DNA of 43,033 nt from the NCBI GenBank assembly GCA_947165335.1, contig CAMVAB010000002.1, positions 1-43,033 on the forward strand, read 5' to 3'. The translations under genes and the position numbers were made by a program. Below are positions 8,922 to 18,210 of this stretch, one piece after another. The notes beneath the pieces are model-generated. The model was not told the origin of the DNA, searched no databases, and saw nothing but the letters and a program-made list of their open reading frames with translations. The DNA is from an uncultured Pseudomonadota bacterium. GTDB lineage: Bacteria; Pseudomonadota; Alphaproteobacteria; Rs-D84. Each line of letters starts with the position of its first letter. The stretch's first letter is position 1.

Positions 8922-10035
8922 TTTCTTTAATAATTGTTTTTGAATCAAACCTATTTAATGCTTTTGTTGATTCTTGTACCATTTTTTTAATGTTTACTTT
9001 GCCATTGTAAACATCACTCATACATTTTGCTAATTGTTCTGCCTTTCCAGGTTCAAAAAGCAAACCACCGCGACCGTCCAATAAAATTTCACGTGGACCA
9101 TATTTACAATTTGATGAAATATTTATTGTTCCAACAATAGCATTTTCAACTAATACCAAACCAAACCCTTCTGCATAGCTTGATAAAACATTAGCCAAGG
9201 CACCATTCATATAAGCAAAAGGATTTTTTTGAGCCCCGACAAACATTATTTGTTTGTTTGATTTCAAATCATTTGCGTATTTTTTATATTCTTCGGCTTT
9301 ATTTCCGTCCCCAACAATAACTAATTTTACATCTGGTTTTTTGTTTGATTGCCAAAACAAATCAAAACCTTTTAATAATGTTTTTATATCTTTATCAGGC
9401 GTTAAACGTGCCACACTACAAAAATATTTACCCTTGGTTTTATTTTTGTTTTTTGCTTTTTCTTTTATACTTTTTATATCTATTGGATTATAAATTCTGA
9501 CAATTTTATTTGCATATTGCGGATACATTTTTTTCAATTCATTCGCACATTCATCTGTCAACACAACAACATTATCATAATGCTCAAAATTTTTATAAAA
9601 ACCTCTTTCTATAAAAACTTTTAAAGAAGAATGAAACCATGCTATTTTTTTTGCACCTTTGATATGTTTTAATTCATTCGCAAAACCGAAATCATGATAA
9701 TCTATAAAAACATCTATGTTTTTAAGTTTTCTGGAAACAAAAAGACGTTTAACATTGCGATAAATATCACGTAATAAATGGATAAATATGCGCCAAAGGA
9801 AAAAGTGCGGCAATTTTGTCCCAAGCCACGAACATGGGTATAAAGAATAAAGTTTTATATTTTTGTTTTGTTCAAAATATTTTTTATATATATTTTCGTG
9901 TATATTAACATATGTTATAACTGAAATATTTATGTTTTTATGCTTCTTTAATTCGTCCAAAGTGCGAATCAACACAGATTCGACACCACCTAATTGCATA
10001 TCGCGCAAACAAAAAGCAACATGTATTTTTTTCAT
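8902..10035 (-). CDS. Glycosyltransferase family 4 (GT-B fold)
   Basis: C-terminal EGFGLVLVENA motif (E-x7-E type) and N-terminal GGVESVLIRTL. The 3' end overlaps the convergent gene by 20 nt. Confidence 0.75.
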   Translation of the reverse strand: MKKIHVAFCLRDMQLGGVESVLIRTLDELKKHKNINISVITYVNIHENIYKKYFEQNKNIKLYSLYPCSWLGTKLPHFFLWRIFIHLLRDIYRNVKRLFVSRKLKNIDVFIDYHDFGFANELKHIKGAKKIAWFHSSLKVFIERGFYKNFEHYDNVVVLTDECANELKKMYPQYANKIVRIYNPIDIKSIKEKAKNKNKTKGKYFCSVARLTPDKDIKTLLKGFDLFWQSNKKPDVKLVIVGDGNKAEEYKKYANDLKSNKQIMFVGAQKNPFAYMNGALANVLSSYAEGFGLVLVENAIVGTINISSNCKYGPREILLDGRGGLLFEPGKAEQLAKCMSDVYNGKVNIKKMVQESTKALNRFDSKTIIKEIISLIS

Positions 10036-11055
10036 CTATTTTATTCCGATAAATTCATAAATCTTTTCACGTAAATCGTACCATTCGTTTGGAACATTAT
10101 CAAAAACGCCCATATCGCGCATTTCAATAAATTCGTCCCTTGCAGATTTAATTTCTTCGTCAGTTTTCAAATATCTTAATTTACGAAAAGCCCAATTTAC
10201 AAAAAACCACATAAATTGAGATTGCCATTTTTTCATTTGTTCATTATCGGCTTTCGCATCATATAATTTATACGCAGTTTTTATCCCTGTGCATAAACTT
10301 TTCATGATACGCAATTGTTTTGCGGACAAAACAATTCCCCCAAAGTTAGGTATATAATAGTATAAAGGCAAAGGCACAACTGTCGCCCGTGGACGTTTCA
10401 GCATGATCGCAGACCACCATGGAAAATCTTCAAATAAAATACCTTTGATAAACGGCGTATCTTTGATTAAAGATTTTTTATAAAGATTTTTCCAAACCTG
10501 ACAATGTTTAATCAACCATTTGCGATTTGGATTTGTTTGATTATGTGTGCGTTCTGTTGCCAATTCAAAAATATCATCGACAGTTCTGGTTTTGATTTTA
10601 TCGATATTATATTTTTTCTTTATACCAAAAGGCACAACATTATCAGTATCAAGGCGCAAAACATGACGCACCATAAGTTGTGGACGATAAAATCTGTCAT
10701 ACGAAAAAGAAACTATATCTGATTTATTTTTAATCGCCGTATTATATGCGATTTCCATTGCTTGCGGATGAATAAAATCATCGCTGTCCAAATACATTAT
10801 ATATTTACCCGTCGCATACGGCATACCGGCATTTCTTGCGTCTGACAAACCGCCATTTTCTTTATGAACAACAATAAATCTTTTATCTTTTTTTGCGTAT
10901 TCTTCCGCAATTTTTCCGGATTTATCAGGGCTGCCGTCATCAACACAAATTGCCTGCCAATCACTAAAAGTTTGATTTCTAACACTGTCTAAACAACGGC
11001 GCAAATATTTTTCAACGCCCCACATTGGAATGATAATTGAAATCTTTGGTTGCAT
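10036..11055 (-). CDS. Glycosyltransferase family 2
   Basis: ISIIIPMWGVEKYLRRCLDSVRNQTF, VDDGSPDKSG and LDSDDF motifs. Confidence 0.8.
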   Translation of the reverse strand: MQPKISIIIPMWGVEKYLRRCLDSVRNQTFSDWQAICVDDGSPDKSGKIAEEYAKKDKRFIVVHKENGGLSDARNAGMPYATGKYIMYLDSDDFIHPQAMEIAYNTAIKNKSDIVSFSYDRFYRPQLMVRHVLRLDTDNVVPFGIKKKYNIDKIKTRTVDDIFELATERTHNQTNPNRKWLIKHCQVWKNLYKKSLIKDTPFIKGILFEDFPWWSAIMLKRPRATVVPLPLYYYIPNFGGIVLSAKQLRIMKSLCTGIKTAYKLYDAKADNEQMKKWQSQFMWFFVNWAFRKLRYLKTDEEIKSARDEFIEMRDMGVFDNVPNEWYDLREKIYEFIGIK

Positions 11056-11064
11056 ACACGCCCC

Positions 11065-11982
11065 CTACATTTTATTTATCATGACATCAGCAAAAGATCC
11101 CGGAATCGGATTATCGGATCCGCGATATGTCGTTTTTTGAAAGAAAGCACCGCTTGTTACTTCGTCAAAAGTTTTTTGATCAAAAGGTTTATTTTGATAT
11201 CCCCACCATAATGCGTGCGTTGGATCTTGGGCAACATGTGGCATCTTATCAAAATATTTTTTCGCGCGTTTATCATTCATAACCAAAGTCTTGAACAATA
11301 ATTGGTGCATAAAATAATCGAAAGTATGATTCTCATGGATCCAGTAATCAAGTATCATCGCGCGCCATGCAGCCAAAAGATATGCGCCCTTTCTTGCACG
11401 AATGAAACAATTTTGCATGAAAGAATATGGGCTGCCACCAATATTATAATTATCCCCGGTTAAATAAACAAAGAAATCTTCTTTCTCTATCCAGTCTGGA
11501 ATCGGCGCAGTTACAAATCCGGTTGAATCAAGCCAATATCCACCATGTCTGTATAACAATTCAACACGACAAATATCTGCAAAATGTGCATGCCCTATTT
11601 TACCGTCTTTGTATTTTTGAATTATTTCTTTTGGCAATGATATATAATCAAAAACAGTATTTGCGTCCAACACAATCAGTTCTTGTTTACAATGACGGCG
11701 CACACTGCGATAACATGCCTTTACTAATGCAGGCGCCTTATCTTCACCTTGAAGCCATATTGTGAAAATTTTATCGCTTTTATCATCTTTAACAGGTTTG
11801 GTTTCAGGAACATCACTAACAGTCTTTAAATATCTTTTAAAATATTTTGTAACAACCTTTGCAGTTAAATCCGTTCTGATTTTGCGTCGCTCTATTCGAG
11901 ATTTCCAAAACGGATTTAATATATGTCCGAATAAAATTATTCTAAACAGTGCAAAACTTCGTGCTATTTTCACTGAAACCAC
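11065..11982 (-). CDS. Capsular polysaccharide synthesis (Caps_synth-type) glycosyltransferase
   Basis: IFTIWLQGEDKAPALVKACYRSVRRHC ... KDGKIGHAHFADICRVELLYRHGGYWLDST matches the Caps_synth signature. The start is uncertain: GTG at 11982, only 12 nt after the recA stop. Confidence 0.6.
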   Translation of the reverse strand: MVSVKIARSFALFRIILFGHILNPFWKSRIERRKIRTDLTAKVVTKYFKRYLKTVSDVPETKPVKDDKSDKIFTIWLQGEDKAPALVKACYRSVRRHCKQELIVLDANTVFDYISLPKEIIQKYKDGKIGHAHFADICRVELLYRHGGYWLDSTGFVTAPIPDWIEKEDFFVYLTGDNYNIGGSPYSFMQNCFIRARKGAYLLAAWRAMILDYWIHENHTFDYFMHQLLFKTLVMNDKRAKKYFDKMPHVAQDPTHALWWGYQNKPFDQKTFDEVTSGAFFQKTTYRGSDNPIPGSFADVMINKM

Positions 11983-11994
11983 CCTTGGTTAAAG

Positions 11995-13062
11995 TTATTC
12001 TATGCTTTCTTCAACATCATCCGATGGACCTGTCGTCATTTCTTCTGCGATACCATTTGCCTTGGCCATGATTTTATCAAGCAATTCTTTTTGGACATCT
12101 TCATGATCTTTCAACCATTGACGTGCATTTGCTTCACCTTGACCAATACGTTCATCGTTGTATGAATAAAATGATCCCGCCTTTTCAATCAAGTTGTATT
12201 TTACACCCATATCCAATATTTCACTAATTCTTGAAATACCTTCGCCATACATGATTTTGAAATCAACTGTACGGAAAGGTGGCGCGACTTTGTTTTTAAC
12301 AACTTTGACACGCGTTTCATTACCAATAACATTTTCTTTATCTTTGATTGCCCCAGTTCTGCGAATATCAAGACGAACAGACGCATAGAATTTCAAAGCG
12401 TTTCCACCAGATGTTGTTTCAGGACTTCCAAACATCACACCGATTTTCATACGAATTTGGTTAATAAAAATTAACAATGTATTACTGCGTGAAACAGAGC
12501 CCGCTAATTTCTTCAAAGATTGCGACATCAATCTTGCAGTTGTCCCCATATATGTATCACCGATATTGCCTTCTAATTCTGCCTTTGGAACAAGGGCCGC
12601 AACAGAATCTACTACTACAACATCAACCGCACCAGATTTAATCAAAGTATCCGCTATTTCCAATGCCTGTTCCCCAGAATCAGGTTGTGAAATAATTAAA
12701 TTAGAAACATCAACGCCCAACTTTTTTGCATATGATGGATCCAAAGCATTTTCTGCATCAATATATGCACATGTGCCACCTTTCTTTTGAGATTCGGCAA
12801 CAGCATGCAGAGCCAATGTTGTTTTACCAGAACTTTCAGGACCATATATTTCAACAATTCTTCCTTTTGGATAACCGCCAATACCAAGCGCGATATCTAA
12901 CCCCAAAGATCCTGTTGAAATTGCTTCGATATTTTGTTGAGAACCATCACCCATTTTCATGATGGCTTCTTTACCAAATTGTTTTTGAATTTGTGCAAGC
13001 GCCGATTCTAGTGCAGGATTTTTTGCTGGCGCGCTTTCTTTTACTACTTCTTTTTTAGCCAT
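11995..13062 (-). CDS. recA: Recombinase RecA
   Basis: [16 protein letters not shown] (Walker A), [12 protein letters not shown] and [37 protein letters not shown]. Confidence 0.97.
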   Translation of the reverse strand: MAKKEVVKESAPAKNPALESALAQIQKQFGKEAIMKMGDGSQQNIEAISTGSLGLDIALGIGGYPKGRIVEIYGPESSGKTTLALHAVAESQKKGGTCAYIDAENALDPSYAKKLGVDVSNLIISQPDSGEQALEIADTLIKSGAVDVVVVDSVAALVPKAELEGNIGDTYMGTTARLMSQSLKKLAGSVSRSNTLLIFINQIRMKIGVMFGSPETTSGGNALKFYASVRLDIRRTGAIKDKENVIGNETRVKVVKNKVAPPFRTVDFKIMYGEGISRISEILDMGVKYNLIEKAGSFYSYNDERIGQGEANARQWLKDHEDVQKELLDKIMAKANGIAEEMTTGPSDDVEESIE

Positions 13063-13123
13063 TAAATACCCCTTTCGTTTATACCAAAATCATACTAAGA
13101 AAAAATGTTTAACGCAAGGTCTA

Positions 13124-14338
13124 TTATATATTGTGTGACCATAAAACTATTGTTGACAAAACCGACATCACCGCAGTAATTATCCATACCGCAGAAGTAG
13201 ACCCAAATAGCGCGATACAGATTGTCCCAAGTACCGGTGCAATCACACTTGGGAAATTTACACTCGTTCTAAAAAAGCCATAATATTTTGATTGTTCGCT
13301 TTTTGGCATGCTATTAAAAAACAATAAATCATGAGATGATTCCATCAATGCACCTGATATTTGCCACAGAACGAATACAAACAATAATACGGGGCCGCTT
13401 ATAAATGTCGCTAAAATAGAAAATATTGCGAACGAAGCAAAACCACAAGTTAACCAAAATCGCGGACCATATTTTTTAATATATTTGCCGATAAATAAAT
13501 TTGTTATTACATAAGGTAAAACACCGACAGATAAAACCGCACCCAAAACATCATTTGAAAAACCGTTCTCTATTACCACAATTGGTACATACAAAAGCCG
13601 CATCGATCGCAAAGCATAAAAACCAAAATTAACAATATATGCACGTAACATTCCTGCTTTCTTAAAGAAACTTATCGCAGACATATGCAATATACGAAGT
13701 GTTTTTTGTATGTTTACGCGTTTTAATTTCTTATCTTGCTGAACAATTCCAAAATGTTTAAAGAACAGAAGTCCTGAAAAATAAATCATCCCAGCAGCTA
13801 ACAGCGGCATTCTATAATTTCCACCAAAAAAATTCACAACAGTCATTGCAAACATAGGTGCAACAAGACCACCAACATCCCCCCATAAATGGAAACGCGC
13901 ATTTAATCGTTCCATGCCGACATTTTTTGAAAAATCTGACATAAAAAGTGGCAACAAAAAACCGATAATTGTCAGTGCAAAATTAGTCACATAATCCAGC
14001 GTAATAAACGTCATCGGATGCACAGAGAAACTCATCATAGAATAACATGCGCCTAATGCTGCCATTGATACATATAATAATCGTGTCTTGGTAAACCAAT
14101 GTAAAATCTCTGCGGAAAAAAGCCCTATGATAACCGCAAAAAAAGCATAAACTGCAGCATAAATACCCACTGCTGCAGATGCTATTTCTTCGTTAAAAAA
14201 TACTTTAAAAATACCCAACAAACAAAGAGAATATACGGCATTTACAATGCTGCTCGCAAAACCAGTAAACAACCCCAGATTTGCAAAAGAAAATCCGTTA
14301 ACATTGTCCCTGATAGAAAGATATTTTTCTCGTCTCAT
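13124..14338 (-). CDS. MFS-type transporter
   Basis: 404 aa with roughly 12 hydrophobic segments and a central basic loop (QQDKKLKRVNIQK). No substrate can be inferred. Confidence 0.55.
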   Translation of the reverse strand: MRREKYLSIRDNVNGFSFANLGLFTGFASSIVNAVYSLCLLGIFKVFFNEEIASAAVGIYAAVYAFFAVIIGLFSAEILHWFTKTRLLYVSMAALGACYSMMSFSVHPMTFITLDYVTNFALTIIGFLLPLFMSDFSKNVGMERLNARFHLWGDVGGLVAPMFAMTVVNFFGGNYRMPLLAAGMIYFSGLLFFKHFGIVQQDKKLKRVNIQKTLRILHMSAISFFKKAGMLRAYIVNFGFYALRSMRLLYVPIVVIENGFSNDVLGAVLSVGVLPYVITNLFIGKYIKKYGPRFWLTCGFASFAIFSILATFISGPVLLFVFVLWQISGALMESSHDLLFFNSMPKSEQSKYYGFFRTSVNFPSVIAPVLGTICIALFGSTSAVWIITAVMSVLSTIVLWSHNI

Positions 14339-14391
14339 TTAATCCCTTATGCAAACAATAGCACACTAAAATAAATTATGAAATATTTTTA

Positions 14392-14868
14392 TTAAACAAA
14401 TCTTGATGTGTTCGCATGTGTTAACGCAATTGCAATAGCATCACTTTCATCCGCCGTTTTAGGATGGGCAGCGGGTAATAATATAGTTAACATTTTGTAT
14501 ATTTGATCTTTGTCTGCATGACCAATCCCAGTCAAAGCTTTTTTTACCTTGTTTGGTTCATATTCGAACACAGGAATATCTTTTGTTGCGACTGCTGTTA
14601 TCGCTGCCGAACGCGCGTGTCCAAGAAGTAATGTTGTTTTACCATTTTTATTAACAAAGATTACTTCGATACTGCATTCTGTCGGTTTAAATTTTTTACA
14701 AATTTCAGAAACACCATTAAAAATAAACGCTAACCTTTGTGCAAAATCTATTTTTGTTGGCGGCAAAATAACCCCACTGGCGACATACTTTCGCGATGAT
14801 CCCGCAACATCTATAATTGCCCAACCTGTATGTAAAAGCCCTGGATCAATACCCAATATTCTTTTCAT
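14392..14868 (-). CDS. ruvC: Holliday junction resolvase RuvC
   Basis: ILGIDPGLLHTGWAIID (catalytic Asp), 158 aa, C-terminal DESDAIAIALTHA. Confidence 0.9.
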   Translation of the reverse strand: MKRILGIDPGLLHTGWAIIDVAGSSRKYVASGVILPPTKIDFAQRLAFIFNGVSEICKKFKPTECSIEVIFVNKNGKTTLLLGHARSAAITAVATKDIPVFEYEPNKVKKALTGIGHADKDQIYKMLTILLPAAHPKTADESDAIAIALTHANTSRFV

Positions 14869-14869
14869 T

Positions 14870-15205
14870 TTATTTCCGTATTATTATTCTATTAACAGCA
14901 TCTGTCCCATAATGTTTATCTATACTGTTTTTTATATCATCTAATTTATAAGATAATTCAAGTGCGAATGCGGGAGATGCCGCTTTTAAAACAACATTAA
15001 ATTTCTTATCTTTTGTTTTTTTAACAGCGACCAATTTTGCAATTTTTGCGGTGTCGTTCCCAACAATATTCGCCCAATCGTTTACCAAATCAGCATCAGT
15101 TATACGACCACCAAACAATTCAATAAAACCACCAAACACAGATGCTAATGTTTGTGGACGATTTTTTCTGGTATCAAGATTTATTTTTTTATCTTGGTTT
15201 GACAT
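14870..15205 (-). CDS. DUF721 (DciA-like) domain protein
   Basis: 111 aa. W..IVG...A....P......G.L.v.......a.eL-type pattern (NDWANIVGNDTAKIAKLVAV...VVLKAASPAFALELSY). It sits between mltA and ruvC with overlapping or abutting ends. Confidence 0.55.
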   Translation of the reverse strand: MSNQDKKINLDTRKNRPQTLASVFGGFIELFGGRITDADLVNDWANIVGNDTAKIAKLVAVKKTKDKKFNVVLKAASPAFALELSYKLDDIKNSIDKHYGTDAVNRIIIRK

Positions 15206-16283
15206 AAGTGTACTCTTTTGGCATCAGTATAAACATTTGTCCAGTGGCGTGTTGACCATGTGCAACCTGATATGCTTCATCCCCAGAACCAAAGAATATA
15301 TCGGCGCGTATCCATCCCTTGATTGCACCGCCAGTATCTTGAGCAATCATTAAACGATTGAATGAACGACCATCAGATAATGTTGTATTGATATACACCG
15401 GCAATCCCAATGTATACAAAGAATCATCCATCGCTACACTGCGGATTTTAGAAAGTGGTGTTCCCAATTTTCCGATCACGCTTTTTTGTTCTGTTTCATA
15501 GAAATAAACATAACGCGGATTATTATAGATAACTTCTTTTGCCAAACTTGGGTTTTGTTTCAAATGGCTCCACACCGCATCAGCACTATATCCACCCGCT
15601 GGTTTAATACCTTTTTGTTGTAATTGTGTGCCAATAGATTTGAACGGCATATCATTTACCGCAGCAAAATTTAATTTGACCAAAGAGCCATCTTCCAATC
15701 TTAACATGCCGCTGCCCTGGATTTGAAGATTTTGAACATCAACAATATTTGCCCAATATAAAACGCGCCCTATTTTCTTGTTCACAATATCACGTTTGGA
15801 AACGTTTTTATAATTTCGTCCGTCAATAGGCACACCCATTATTGGTTCATTGCAAACCGCGCTCTGGTGTCTGCAACCATCAATCACAGGCGAATAATAC
15901 CCTGTATATGTTCCAGTTTTGCCACCTTTTTCATTAAACACCTGATACGGTTGAAAATGCGATTCAAACCAAGCGCGCACAGTTGAAATACTGGCCGAAG
16001 CACTCGGCAACATATTGCACTTTTCACGTAATAATTCGGGGTCTGGTATCACAGAACCATTATATTGAATCTTCGCTTTACATGTATTACGGAATGCCTG
16101 CAGCGCATATCTGACATCGTCATCACGCCACCCCGGCAGCGAAGAATACGACACAGCATGCAAATTAGAGGGTATTTTAGAATCATCCCCAACATGTGTT
16201 GGTGTGGACAAATCACATCCGGCCAAGGCCACAACAAACACTGTCAAACCGATAAAATTCCATATTTTATTAAAATTAAACAT
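15189..16283 (-). CDS. mltA: Membrane-bound lytic murein transglycosylase A
   Basis: Signal/lipobox-like VALAGC. QGSGMLRLEDGS, AQDTGGAIKGWIRADIFFGSGDEA (MltA plus 3D domain signatures). Confidence 0.85.
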   Translation of the reverse strand: MFNFNKIWNFIGLTVFVVALAGCDLSTPTHVGDDSKIPSNLHAVSYSSLPGWRDDDVRYALQAFRNTCKAKIQYNGSVIPDPELLREKCNMLPSASASISTVRAWFESHFQPYQVFNEKGGKTGTYTGYYSPVIDGCRHQSAVCNEPIMGVPIDGRNYKNVSKRDIVNKKIGRVLYWANIVDVQNLQIQGSGMLRLEDGSLVKLNFAAVNDMPFKSIGTQLQQKGIKPAGGYSADAVWSHLKQNPSLAKEVIYNNPRYVYFYETEQKSVIGKLGTPLSKIRSVAMDDSLYTLGLPVYINTTLSDGRSFNRLMIAQDTGGAIKGWIRADIFFGSGDEAYQVAHGQHATGQMFILMPKEYTYVKPR

Positions 16284-16365
16284 TTTCTACATTCCCCCAC
16301 TTGTAAAAATGATTTCTTAATGCTATATTATCATAAATCGATGAATAAAAAAAGGAGCAATCGTA

Positions 16366-16818
16366 ATGCCAAAATTTAATATTATATCTCAATTCTTGAA
16401 AGACATCTCTTTCGAAAGCCCAAATGTCCCTGAATTATTCTTTAAACAGGACAATGGCCAGGCAAAAATCGAAATCAATATTGACATCAACATCAAAGGC
16501 GCAGAAAACAATTTGTTTATGGTTGATTTGATTACCAAGGTTCACTCTAAATTGGAAAAAGACGATAAAACAATCTTTATGATTGAATCTACATATACAG
16601 GAATGGTTCAATACGAAGAAAAAGACGAAGAAACCAAGAAGAAAACATTATTGATTGATGTTCCAACATTATTGTTCCCATCTGTTCGCGCAATGGTAAC
16701 AAGATTGACAGCAGAATCAGGTTTCCCAGCATTCGTAATGCAACCTGTTGATTTTGCAGCGCTTTATGAACAAAGACAGGCCGCTGCAAAAGAAACACCA
16801 AAACCTGCAAATCAATAG
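16366..16818 (+). CDS. secB: Protein-export chaperone SecB
   Basis: AGGAG RBS. FNIISQFLKDISFESPNVPELF and ...LLFPSVRAMVTRLTAESGFPAFVMQPVDF are typical SecB. Confidence 0.9.
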   Translation: MPKFNIISQFLKDISFESPNVPELFFKQDNGQAKIEINIDINIKGAENNLFMVDLITKVHSKLEKDDKTIFMIESTYTGMVQYEEKDEETKKKTLLIDVPTLLFPSVRAMVTRLTAESGFPAFVMQPVDFAALYEQRQAAAKETPKPANQ

Positions 16819-16830
16819 TGAAATACAGTT

Positions 16831-16860
16831 AAAAAACACCGGCAAATGCCGGTGTTTTTA
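16831..16860. terminator. Bidirectional rho-independent terminator (CACCGGCAAATGCCGGTG core)
   Basis: A6-CACCGGCAAATGCCGGTG-T5 between convergent secB and the yebC-family gene. Confidence 0.75.
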
Positions 16861-16875
16861 TTGTTTATCAAAATA

Positions 16876-17592
16876 TTAAGCTGCTGCCGTAAATACTTTC
16901 TGAACATCATCGTTCGCATCCAGCGCATCAACCAATTTTTCGAGTTTTGCGTAATTCTCGTCGTCTAAATCAACTGGCATATTTGGAATCCATGTAATTT
17001 CTGCGTTTTCTGGTTCGCCCAGTTTATCCGCTAATGCCTTTTGAATATTCATAAAATTATCTGTTTTGGTTGTGATGATGAAACCTTCTTCGGATGATTC
17101 AAGATTATCAGCATCAACTTCCATAACTAATTCCATCATTTCATCTTCTGTTTTACCAATGGACGCTGGGTACATAATTTGTCCAACATGTGAAAACATG
17201 AATACAACAGAACCTTCTTCGCCCATGTTGCCGCCATTTTTAGCAAAGATATTACGGATTTCTGGAACCGTTCTGCGTGGATTATCAGTCAAAGCTTCTA
17301 CAATTACAGGAACCGCGTTTGGACCATAACCTTCGTATCTAACTGCTACGAAATTATCGGTATTTGCACCCGACGCCTTTTCAATAGCGCGTTTGATATT
17401 GTCGTTAGGCATAGAATTTTTACGTGCCTGTAAAATTGCCAAACGCAATCTTGGGTTGTTATCTGGATTTTTATCACCCAATTTTGCCGCCATAGTTATT
17501 TCACGTGCCAATTTTGTAAACAAACCGCTGCGTGCTGCATCAACCAATCCTTTTTTGTGTTGGATGTTATGCCATTTACTGTGTCCACTCAT
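16876..17592 (-). CDS. YebC/PmpR-family DNA-binding regulator
   Basis: MSGHSKWHNIQHKKG...NPRLRLAILQARKNSMPNDNIKRAIEKA, 238 aa. Confidence 0.9.
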   Translation of the reverse strand: MSGHSKWHNIQHKKGLVDAARSGLFTKLAREITMAAKLGDKNPDNNPRLRLAILQARKNSMPNDNIKRAIEKASGANTDNFVAVRYEGYGPNAVPVIVEALTDNPRRTVPEIRNIFAKNGGNMGEEGSVVFMFSHVGQIMYPASIGKTEDEMMELVMEVDADNLESSEEGFIITTKTDNFMNIQKALADKLGEPENAEITWIPNMPVDLDDENYAKLEKLVDALDANDDVQKVFTAAA

Positions 17593-17642
17593 ATTTGACC
17601 TTTTGATTTAATTATATTAAAATTACACCAAAAGGATAACAA

Positions 17643-18209
17643 ATGATTGGAAAATTGCAAGGTGTAATTGACTATACTGGCCCTGATTTCGTTATTTTAA
17701 TGGTTGGGGGTGTCGGGTACAAAGTTTATACCCCTGAAATACTTTCGCCGAAATCGACGGTTTCGCTTTGGATTGAAACCGTTGTTCGCGAAGATTCAAT
17801 CCGATTATTCGGCTTTTCAACAATTGCCTCTCAAAACCTGTTTAACCAATTAACAACTGTTTCTGGTGTTGGACCAAAGGTTGCAATGGCAATTATGTCG
17901 ACAATAAAAACAGAAACTTTGATGACAGCAATCGCTACTGGGGATGCAAAAACCATATCTGCTGCGCCGGGTGTTGGTAAAAAAGTTGCTGAAAAAATCA
18001 TAGTTGAATTGAAAAATAAAATGGGTGGTACGAACTTTGATTTTGGAAGTGAAAGCTCTGTATTGTCTGATTTATTAGCAGCACTTGAATCATTAGGATA
18101 TCGCCGCATGGATATTGTCGACATGGCTCAAAAACTCGTATCAAACAATCCTGATGCAGACGTTTCGAAATTGGTTCCAATGGCATTAAAAGAAATAAGC
18201 GGAAAATAA
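17643..18209 (+). CDS. ruvA: Holliday junction branch-migration complex subunit RuvA
   Basis: MIGKLQGVI...VGGVGYKV, HhH region LTTVSGVGPKVAMAI and APGVGKKVAEKI. Confidence 0.9.
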   Translation: MIGKLQGVIDYTGPDFVILMVGGVGYKVYTPEILSPKSTVSLWIETVVREDSIRLFGFSTIASQNLFNQLTTVSGVGPKVAMAIMSTIKTETLMTAIATGDAKTISAAPGVGKKVAEKIIVELKNKMGGTNFDFGSESSVLSDLLAALESLGYRRMDIVDMAQKLVSNNPDADVSKLVPMALKEISGK

Positions 18210-18210
18210 T

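Noticed and set aside
13063-13123. Search for an alphaproteobacterial SOS box (GTTC-N7-GTTC / GAAC-N7-GAAC) upstream of recA.
   Set aside because: No such direct repeat is present in the recA upstream region, so no LexA site is claimed.
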